A DNA stretch of 14,072 bases from an uncultured Eubacteriales bacterium. Its GTDB lineage: Bacteria; Bacillota; Clostridia; TANB77; RGIG9151. The position numbers were made by a program, and so were the translations under genes. The DNA is taken from positions 1 to 14,072 of the forward strand of contig CAYZJZ010000020.1 in assembly GCA_964478905.1 (NCBI GenBank), in the 5' to 3' direction. Of the stretch, positions 7,025 to 14,072 are shown piece after piece. Each line of letters starts with the position of its first letter. Positions within the stretch are counted from its first letter, which is position 1. The notes below the pieces were generated by a model. That model was not told the origin of the DNA. It was given only the letters and a program-made list of their open reading frames with translations, and did no database searches.

Positions 7025-9136
7025 GTGTTAAATAATAATAACAATAGTGATATGAGAATTTTTATATTGAATTTGTGTATGGTTGTAGGTGGCATAATTT
7101 TGATTGCACAACTTTTTAATCTTCAAGTTATTCAAGGGGAAAACTATAGAATACAGTCAGAAAAAAGAGTTTTAAGACAAACTACGGTATCTGCTCCGCG
7201 TGGAGAAATGTCAGATAGACATGGGGCTGTACTTGCGACGAATAGAGATGGATATAATGTTTTATTATATAAACAGACTATGACAACAAAAGAGCGAAAT
7301 GAATTTATATTAAAACTTGCAAAGCTTTTTGAAAGCAAAGGAGTTGTGTATAGAGATACTTTTCCGGTATCTAAAGGCGATGAGCTAGCTTTCGAGTTTG
7401 ACAGTGAAGCGGAAGAAAAAAAGTGGAAAAAGAATAATAAGTTTAGCGAAAATGCGACCTGTGAGGAAGTAATTAGTAGTTACATAAAGAAATATGAACT
7501 TGAGGAGTACTCAGCCAAAGATAGTAGACTAATTATAGGAATAAGATATGAATTAGACAGAGTTGGGTATAGTTCATTAAAACCATATGAGCTTGCGACT
7601 GACGTAAGTATGGAAGTAGTTGCGGAATTAGAGGAAAGAGAAAGTGAGTTCCCTGGAGTTAGTGTAGAAATTCAGCCTATAAGGGTATATCCGAATAATA
7701 ATTTAGCCAGTCATATTTTGGGATATATAGGTAAAATAAGTCCTGAGAAATATGAAGAATTAAAAGATGAAGGGTATTCAAATGATGATAATATAGGTAA
7801 AGACGGTATAGAGAACCTTATGGAAAGATTTTTAAGAGGTAAAAATTCTCTCCAAAAGGTTGAAATAAATGCGAGTGGTAATTATACAAATACCGAAAGT
7901 GTTGGTGGACAAGCGGGAGCACAGGTATACCTAACTATTGATTCAAAACTTCAAAAGGTGGCTGAGGATGCTTTAGAGACTACAATATATAATATTGCAA
8001 ACGGTAAATATAAAGATGGTTCAAGTGAGGCACAGTCCGGAGCGGTTGTGGCGATTGATGTAAAAAATGGCGAAATTCTTGCTATGGCGAGTTTCCCTGA
8101 TTATGATCCTAATTTGTTTGTAAAGGGAATTTCAAATGAAAATTGGAAAAAACTTAATACGACGACAAAACCGATGTTTAACCGATGTATAATGGGACTT
8201 TATTCTCCGGGGTCTATATTTAAAATGGTGGTTGCCGTTGCAGCACTAGAAGAGGGAGCTATAACTCCGGAAACTACTTATTTAGATGAAGGAGTATATA
8301 CTAAATATAAGTCTCCACAACCGAAATGTTGGATTTGGAGTTCTTCCGGAAGAACTCACGGTGAAGTTAATGTGTCTGATGCGATAAAAACGTCGTGTAA
8401 TTACTTTTTCTATAAAGTTAGTGAATTAATTGGAATAGATACGATAGAAGAATATACAAAAGCTTTTGGACTTGGCTCTAAAACGGGAATTGAGTTGCCG
8501 GGAGAAAAAGAAGGTATTGTTGCCGGAAGGACATATAAAGAAGGAAAGCTAAACCAAGAATGGCTTGTTGGAGAGACTTTAAGTGCTGCTATTGGTCAAT
8601 CTTATCATTCTTTTACTCCGGTTCAAATTGCTAAATATGCTGCTATTTTAGCTAATGGTGGTGAAAAGATTACACCGCATATAATAAAAAATGTAATAAC
8701 ATCAGATGGTACAAGCTTAACTCAAGAAGAAATACAAACATATGTATCTAATGAAATTAATTTTGATTATAGCAATGAGGGCGGAAATTTAGATATAAGT
8801 AAAGAGACGCTAGATGCTGTCTTTTACGGAATGGAATCAGTTACAGGAGATGCCGGCGGTACAGCTTATAGTACTTTTAAGGATTTCCCAATAAAAGTCG
8901 GTGGAAAAACCGGGTCAGTACAAGTAAGTGGAAGTAAGGCTGATAATGCGTGGTTTATAGGATTTGCACCATTTGACGAGCCTGAAATTGCGATTTGTGC
9001 TTTAGTTGAGCATGGTGTTCATGGAACATATACTGCACCGATTATAGTAGCTATTTTAGAGGAGTATTTTGGTTTAAAGGAAGAAACCGGAAACATAGAT
9101 ATTAATGTACCAATAAATGATAATAGTATGATGTAG
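7025..9136 (+). CDS. mrdA: Penicillin-binding protein 2 (class B elongation transpeptidase)
   Basis: N-terminal TM anchor. Transpeptidase motifs SxxK (SPGSIFK), SxN (KTSCNYF) and KTG (GGKTGSVQ). Operon position after mreD. The track's GTG start at 7025 is uncertain; ATG at 7052 is the alternative. Confidence 0.9.
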   Translation: MLNNNNNSDMRIFILNLCMVVGGIILIAQLFNLQVIQGENYRIQSEKRVLRQTTVSAPRGEMSDRHGAVLATNRDGYNVLLYKQTMTTKERNEFILKLAKLFESKGVVYRDTFPVSKGDELAFEFDSEAEEKKWKKNNKFSENATCEEVISSYIKKYELEEYSAKDSRLIIGIRYELDRVGYSSLKPYELATDVSMEVVAELEERESEFPGVSVEIQPIRVYPNNNLASHILGYIGKISPEKYEELKDEGYSNDDNIGKDGIENLMERFLRGKNSLQKVEINASGNYTNTESVGGQAGAQVYLTIDSKLQKVAEDALETTIYNIANGKYKDGSSEAQSGAVVAIDVKNGEILAMASFPDYDPNLFVKGISNENWKKLNTTTKPMFNRCIMGLYSPGSIFKMVVAVAALEEGAITPETTYLDEGVYTKYKSPQPKCWIWSSSGRTHGEVNVSDAIKTSCNYFFYKVSELIGIDTIEEYTKAFGLGSKTGIELPGEKEGIVAGRTYKEGKLNQEWLVGETLSAAIGQSYHSFTPVQIAKYAAILANGGEKITPHIIKNVITSDGTSLTQEEIQTYVSNEINFDYSNEGGNLDISKETLDAVFYGMESVTGDAGGTAYSTFKDFPIKVGGKTGSVQVSGSKADNAWFIGFAPFDEPEIAICALVEHGVHGTYTAPIIVAILEEYFGLKEETGNIDINVPINDNSMM

Positions 9137-9150
9137 GGAGATGTATACAA

Positions 9151-9750
9151 ATGACAGAGGCGGTTACGTTTAAAATGTCTAAGAATGGACTTAGTATCAT
9201 TCTTGATGAGAGTATGGATTTTTTAACTGCAAAGAAATTATTAAAGAAAAAACTAGATGAATCAGAGGAGTTTTTTAAAGGAACTAAATTAAAGACAATA
9301 GTTAAAGGTAAAGAACTTAGTACTGAAGAATTTGAGGAAATAAAAGAGATTATTTTTGAGAAAACCGGGTTTGACGATGTTACAGAAGATATTATAACTT
9401 TTGACTGGAGTAAAAATACAGTTGAAGGGAATACGAAATTTTATCGTGGAACTATGCGTTGCGGTAATTCAATATGCTTTAAGGGGAATGTCGTTGTAAT
9501 GGGCGATGTTAATCCCGGTGCTGAGATTATTGCAACAGGAAATGTACTTGTTACCGGAGTTATAAAGGGAACTGTTCATGCCGGTGCGAAGGGAAATAGG
9601 AATGCAATCGTATCTGCTCAGGGAATATATCCTACTCAACTTAGAATTGCTGATTTAATAACTGTTTCACCGGAAGAAAAAGCTCAAAAGCTTACTCATT
9701 TTGAAACAGCATATGTAAAAGACAATAATATATATATATCGGAGGAATAA
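9151..9750 (+). CDS. minC: Septum site-determining protein MinC (short, 199 aa)
   Basis: C-terminal beta-helix signature GNVVVMGDVNPGAEIIATGNVLVTGVIKGTVHAGAKGN...LRIADL. The N-terminal domain is short and divergent. Confidence 0.8.
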   Translation: MTEAVTFKMSKNGLSIILDESMDFLTAKKLLKKKLDESEEFFKGTKLKTIVKGKELSTEEFEEIKEIIFEKTGFDDVTEDIITFDWSKNTVEGNTKFYRGTMRCGNSICFKGNVVVMGDVNPGAEIIATGNVLVTGVIKGTVHAGAKGNRNAIVSAQGIYPTQLRIADLITVSPEEKAQKLTHFETAYVKDNNIYISEE

Positions 9751-9752
9751 TA

Positions 9753-10661
9753 ATGAGAGTTATTTTTATGGGAACACCGGATTTCGCTGTTCCGACACTT
9801 GAAAAGATAATAGAAGCAGGACATAATGTTGTTGCGGTTGTTACTCAACCTGATAAGCCTAGAAACAGGGGAATGCAAATGCAAGAATCTCCTGTGAAAG
9901 AGATAGCAAAAAAGCATAATATTCCAGTTCTTCAACCGGAAAAAATAAGAAAAGATAAAGAATTTTTAGAGAAGATAAAAGAGCTAAATGCTGATGTTTC
10001 AGTAGTTGTCGCTTTTGGACAAATTTTACCTAAATCAGTTTTAGAAACTCCTAAATACGGTTCAATTAACGTTCATGGTTCAATTTTGCCTAAGTATAGA
10101 GGCGCAGCACCTATTCAATGGTCTGTGATAAATGGAGACGAAATAGCCGGTGTTACTACTATGTATATGGATGAAGGTTTAGATACAGGAGATATGATTT
10201 TTAAAGAAGAAACAAAAATCGGAGAAGAAGAAACTGCCGGCGAATTATATGAAAGGCTTAAAGTTATGGGAGCAGAGTTGCTTATAAAAACGCTTAGTGC
10301 TATTGAAAATGGAGATGCTCCGCGTGAAAAACAAGTGGGGGAATCTTCTTATGCGCCAATGCTCACAAAAGAAACTGGAGTTATAGATTGGCAAAAATCT
10401 TCAAAAGAAATTGATGCTTTAGTTCGTGGAGTAAATCCGTGGCCAAGTGCATCTGCTGAAATTTGCGGTAAAAAGTTTAAGATACATAAAGTTAAAATTT
10501 CAAATGAAAAAGGTAATCCGGGCGAGGTAATTTTGGCTGACGATAAAAGTGGACTTGTAATCGGGACTAAAGATGGTGCAATTGAATTGCTGGAAATTCA
10601 GCCTGAAAATAAGAAAAAGATGTCTGCAAAAGACTACTTAAGAGGTAATTCTTTATTGTAA
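9753..10661 (+). CDS. fmt: Methionyl-tRNA formyltransferase
   Basis: MRVIFMGTPDFAVPTL N-terminus, NVHGSILPKYRGAAPIQW catalytic motif and a C-terminal tRNA-binding domain. Its SD (GGAGG 9741-9745) lies inside the minC 3' end, and the ATG is 2 nt after the minC stop. Confidence 0.95.
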   Translation: MRVIFMGTPDFAVPTLEKIIEAGHNVVAVVTQPDKPRNRGMQMQESPVKEIAKKHNIPVLQPEKIRKDKEFLEKIKELNADVSVVVAFGQILPKSVLETPKYGSINVHGSILPKYRGAAPIQWSVINGDEIAGVTTMYMDEGLDTGDMIFKEETKIGEEETAGELYERLKVMGAELLIKTLSAIENGDAPREKQVGESSYAPMLTKETGVIDWQKSSKEIDALVRGVNPWPSASAEICGKKFKIHKVKISNEKGNPGEVILADDKSGLVIGTKDGAIELLEIQPENKKKMSAKDYLRGNSLL

Positions 10662-10685
10662 AAAGGCTTTTAGGAGGAAAATTTT

Positions 10686-13600
10686 GTGATAGACAAAGAA
10701 GAAATAGAAGAAATTACGGCTCAAGGTGGAGAGCTTAGAGCTTTTAGGGCTAGGAAATATGTAAGAGAAAAAAGAGTTAATATAAATGATATAGTAGAAT
10801 ATATTGATGGTTCGCATATTATTTTTGCTAAAGTTGAAGGAATGTCTAGGTCTGGATATGATGTAATGGTTACTGAAAATAATGGTAAAATTATAGACGC
10901 GAGATGTGATTGCATGGATACGTCTAATATATGTAAGCACATTCTTGCCACTGTCTATGAAGTATATAATAAATATAACGATTTATTGAAAGTAGATAAG
11001 GATACATTTAAATATAAAGAGTTTACTCAACTTATAAATTGCTTTTCAAAAGAAGAAGAAAATTTTAACAATACATATTTTGATAATGCTGTTCAAATAG
11101 TATCGATTATAAAAAGAGAAGTCTATAATAAATTTAGTGTATCGTTTAAGCTTGGAGTTACACAACTGTATAAAATAAAAAATATAGTTGAGTTTTGCGA
11201 TGCAATAGAAAATGAAAGTAATTATGCTTATGGTAAAAAATTAGAATTTATACATAAAAAATCGGCTTTCTTTAGTGAAAGCTTGCCAATTCTTGATTTT
11301 ATTATGAAATATGGAAGTGTAATAAGGTATACAAATAATAATTTGAGCCATTATTATGGGCCTATATTAAATGAAGGTAAAATATTTTTGGAAAATGAAG
11401 CGTGGGATGAATTATTTGAGATTTTAGAAGGTAAGGAAGTAGAGCTTGATGGATTACCTACTGCATTTGAGGATGATTTAGAGAGCTTTAAGTTTGAAAT
11501 TCAAGAAGTAAGTGATACTGAATGCAAAATTGTTAATAAAGTTAATTTTGGCTATTACATTGAAGGGAAAAAATATTTATATGTATTAAATGACGGAAAA
11601 TTTCAAAGGTGTATAAAAAATTCTATATCAGCAAAAAATATATTAAATGTTTTTTCTTCTAACGAAAAAGATGAAATTATTTTCAATAAAAAAGAATTAG
11701 CAGATTTCTTTACGCTTGTTTTGCCTAAAGCGAAAGAGCTTATTTCTATGGATAAGCTAAGTAAGGAATGTTTAGAAAAATATAAGCCAGGGGAGCTTGG
11801 AGTAAAACTTTTCTTGGATATAGACAAGAATAAAAATGTTATTTGTGGTGTTAAGTTTTGTTATGGAGATATTGAATTTAATCCTTTTGATGAAGTAAGC
11901 GACGAAATTATAAGAAATAAAATAAGCGAAGAAAGTGTAAAGAAACACTTTGAAGAAAGTGGATTTGTAGTTAATGAAACAGAGAAGGAATTGTATATGT
12001 ATGATGATGAGAAAATATATGATTTTTTAACTGTTGGAATTAAGTACTATATGGATAAATTTGAAGTTTTGGTTACTGACAATTTTAAAACTATCGAAAT
12101 ACGTCAACCTAGAATAGGAACAATAGGAGTAAAAATTGAAAACAATTTACTTAATGTAAATTTAAGCGATATTGACTTTGAACTATCTGAAATAAGAGAA
12201 ATAATGCAAAATTATAAGTTAAAGAAAAAGTATCATAGACTAAAAAATGGGGCATATATTTCTTTGGAAAATAATGCTGATATTGAGTTTATGGACGATT
12301 TATTTACCGGAGCGGATATTGATTTTAAGAATATTGATAAAACCGGGATAAAACTTCCAGTTCATAGAAGTCTTTATTTAAATAAGCTATTAGAAGGAAA
12401 TAAAAATAAGAATATAACTAAAGATGCTAATTTTAAAAAGGTTGTTGGAGAGATTACAGATTTAACAGAAACAGATAATATTAATGTACCGGATAAATTA
12501 AAAGATATACTAAGATTTTATCAAGTAAACGGATATAAATGGTTGAAAACCTTAGATTCGTATGGATTTGGCGGAGTTTTAGCTGATGATATGGGACTTG
12601 GAAAGACTTTACAAATTATTTCAGTTCTCTTAAATTATAAAGAAAATAATGGAGAAAAAACTTCAATTGTAGTTTGTCCAAGTTCGCTTGTACTAAATTG
12701 GAATAAAGAAATAGAGAAATTTGCTCCTATGTTAAAAGTGCTTATTGTATCCGGTAACGCAGTTGAGCGTAAAGAGAAAATAAATACGTTTAGAGAATTT
12801 GATGTAGTTATTACTTCTTATGATTCGTTAAAAAGGGATATAGATAAATATGAGGAGATAAATGCTGATTTTAAGTATGTTGTTGCAGATGAGGCACAAT
12901 ATATTAAAAATGGTAATACTCAAAATGCTAAGTCCTTAAAGTCTCTAAAAGCAGACATACGATTTGCTTTAACAGGAACTCCTATTGAAAACTCTTTGGC
13001 AGAGTTATGGTCTATCTTTGACTATATTATGCCTGGGTATTTGTTTAGTTATAATAAATTTAAGAAAAATTATGAAATACCTATAATAAAAGAAGGCAAT
13101 ACAACTTATATGGAAAAATTGAAAATGCTTATTGAGCCTTTTATATTAAGGCGTAATAAAAAAGAAGTTTTAACTGAATTGCCGGAGAAGACTGTAACAT
13201 TACTTTATAACGATATGGAAGAAAATCAAAAGAAGATTTATTTAAATTACTTAATTCAAACTAAGAAAGAGCTTACTAAAGATATTGAAAACGCCGGATT
13301 TGAAAAAAGTAAAATTAAAATTTTAGCTTTGCTTACAAGACTTAGACAAATTTGTTGCCATCCGTCTTTGTTTATAGATAATTATTACGGGGAATCCGGA
13401 AAATTAGAACAATGTATGGAAATTATAAATGAGGCTGTTGACGGTAATCACAAAATCCTCCTTTTTTCAACATATTCGTCTATGTTTGACATAATTGAAG
13501 AAAAGCTTAATAAAGACGGAATTAAGTATTTTAAACTTACTGGAAAAACAAAGGTAGATGAGAGAATAAAGCTTGTAGAGGAATTTAATAACAACCCCGA

Positions 13601-13907
13601 AATTAAAGTCTTTTTAATTTCTCTAAAGGCAGGAGGAACAGGACTTAATTTAACAGGTGCTGATGTTGTTATACATTACGATCCGTGGTGGAATATTGCT
13701 GCTGAAAATCAAGCGACAGATAGGGCATATAGAATAGGTCAAAAGAATAATGTTCAGGTTTACAAATTAATAACTAAGGACTCGATAGAAGAAAAAATAC
13801 AGGAACTTCAGGAGAAAAAGTCTAAATTAATAGATGATGTATTGAGTACGGAAGAAACATTTATTAATAAGCTTTCAAAGGAAGATATTTTGGCTTTGTT
13901 CGACTGA
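10686..13907 (+). CDS. SWIM zinc finger + SNF2-associated region + SNF2/Rad54-family ATPase (YwqA-like), 1073 aa
   Basis: SWIM CxCx6CxH = CDCMDTSNICKH (10905-10940). ATPase core from about residue 605: LRFYQ, DDMGLGKT (12585-12608), DEAQ (12888-12899), LTGTPIEN, GGTGLNLTGADVVIHYDPWWN and QATDRAYRIGQ (13710-13742). GTG start with AGGAGG (10672-10677) and an 8-nt spacer. Confidence 0.9.
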   Translation: MIDKEEIEEITAQGGELRAFRARKYVREKRVNINDIVEYIDGSHIIFAKVEGMSRSGYDVMVTENNGKIIDARCDCMDTSNICKHILATVYEVYNKYNDLLKVDKDTFKYKEFTQLINCFSKEEENFNNTYFDNAVQIVSIIKREVYNKFSVSFKLGVTQLYKIKNIVEFCDAIENESNYAYGKKLEFIHKKSAFFSESLPILDFIMKYGSVIRYTNNNLSHYYGPILNEGKIFLENEAWDELFEILEGKEVELDGLPTAFEDDLESFKFEIQEVSDTECKIVNKVNFGYYIEGKKYLYVLNDGKFQRCIKNSISAKNILNVFSSNEKDEIIFNKKELADFFTLVLPKAKELISMDKLSKECLEKYKPGELGVKLFLDIDKNKNVICGVKFCYGDIEFNPFDEVSDEIIRNKISEESVKKHFEESGFVVNETEKELYMYDDEKIYDFLTVGIKYYMDKFEVLVTDNFKTIEIRQPRIGTIGVKIENNLLNVNLSDIDFELSEIREIMQNYKLKKKYHRLKNGAYISLENNADIEFMDDLFTGADIDFKNIDKTGIKLPVHRSLYLNKLLEGNKNKNITKDANFKKVVGEITDLTETDNINVPDKLKDILRFYQVNGYKWLKTLDSYGFGGVLADDMGLGKTLQIISVLLNYKENNGEKTSIVVCPSSLVLNWNKEIEKFAPMLKVLIVSGNAVERKEKINTFREFDVVITSYDSLKRDIDKYEEINADFKYVVADEAQYIKNGNTQNAKSLKSLKADIRFALTGTPIENSLAELWSIFDYIMPGYLFSYNKFKKNYEIPIIKEGNTTYMEKLKMLIEPFILRRNKKEVLTELPEKTVTLLYNDMEENQKKIYLNYLIQTKKELTKDIENAGFEKSKIKILALLTRLRQICCHPSLFIDNYYGESGKLEQCMEIINEAVDGNHKILLFSTYSSMFDIIEEKLNKDGIKYFKLTGKTKVDERIKLVEEFNNNPEIKVFLISLKAGGTGLNLTGADVVIHYDPWWNIAAENQATDRAYRIGQKNNVQVYKLITKDSIEEKIQELQEKKSKLIDDVLSTEETFINKLSKEDILALFD

Positions 13908-13935
13908 AAAATGTGCAAAATAATTTTACAGGCTA

Positions 13936-13964
13936 TTGCAAATTCAAAATTGATAATATAGAAT
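13936..13964 (+). promoter_or_regulatory. Putative sigma-A promoter for gap
   Basis: TTGCAA (13936-13941), 17-nt spacer, TAGAAT (13959-13964), about 35 nt upstream of the gap ATG. Confidence 0.45.
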
Positions 13965-13997
13965 AACAATGGAAGTAAATTAAAGGAGGTTTTTATT

Positions 13998-14072
13998 ATG
14001 GCAATAAAAGTTGCAATTAATGGTTTTGGACGTATTGGACGTCTTGCTTTCAGACAAATGTTTGGAGCAGAA
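13998..14072 (+). CDS. gap: Glyceraldehyde-3-phosphate dehydrogenase, N-terminal 25 codons (runs off the window)
   Basis: MAIKVAINGFGRIGRLAFRQMFGAE contains the canonical GAPDH NAD-binding start INGFGRIGR. AGGAGG at 13984-13989 with an 8-nt spacer. Confidence 0.85.
   Translation, partial: MAIKVAINGFGRIGRLAFRQMFGAE

Noticed and set aside
7144-7338. 64-aa minus-strand ORF inside the PBP2 gene
   Set aside because: It is antisense to a conserved CDS, with no SD and no recognisable motifs.
9696-9935. 79-aa minus-strand ORF spanning the minC/fmt junction
   Set aside because: It is antisense to two conserved CDSs, with no SD, and its composition is an artefact of AT-rich sequence.
10653-10951. 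Two overlapping minus-strand ORFs (95 aa and 76 aa) at the 5' end of the SNF2 gene
   Set aside because: Both are antisense to the SWIM-encoding region, whose CxCx6CxH motif supports the plus-strand frame. Neither has an SD or known motifs.
11603-11827. 74-aa minus-strand ORF inside the SNF2 gene
   Set aside because: It is antisense to a long uninterrupted plus-strand frame, with no independent support.
10686-13907. SNF2 helicase read as part of a phage-defence island (DISARM, Zorya or BREX-like)
   Set aside because: No companion genes are present (methyltransferase, PLD or other nuclease, DUF1998, ZorABC, PglXZ). The flanks are fmt and gap, and the gene appears to be in an operon with core genes. 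The context is housekeeping.

Overview
This is a housekeeping chromosomal segment from a low-GC Firmicute, judged by eye from Clostridia/Tissierellia-like AT-rich codon usage and GGAGG Shine-Dalgarno (SD) sites. I see no transposase, integrase, CRISPR array, tRNA or rRNA. Gene order: an S66 LD-carboxypeptidase/MccF-like peptidase on the minus strand, then divergent secG followed by a terminator and rnr on the plus strand. Next comes a 382-nt ORF-free gap (3462-3843), then a near-consensus sigma-A promoter. Behind it sit eight tightly packed plus-strand genes: radC, mreB, mreC, mreD, PBP2 (mrdA-like), minC, fmt and a 1073-aa SWIM-zinc-finger/SNF2 helicase. The window ends with a promoter and the 5' end of gap (GAPDH). 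All six antisense ORFs in the track lie inside larger genes and look spurious. The least explained object is non-coding: a 231-nt imperfect palindrome (3519-3749). It has a 17-bp GC-clamped outer helix, a perfect 20-bp inner helix and a structured 134-nt interior, and it is followed immediately by C + T8. It could be a structured RNA, an unusual long-range terminator, or a MITE-like palindromic repeat. It sits where many Firmicutes carry smpB-ssrA downstream of rnr. I could not match it to any RNA family I recognise. Other observations are synteny or architecture oddities of moderate interest: a compact RNase R without smpB, an orphan minC coupled to fmt without def or minD/E, and a SWIM-SNF2 helicase apparently inside the cell-shape operon. 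I do not see a convincing multi-gene novel protein system such as a defence island.
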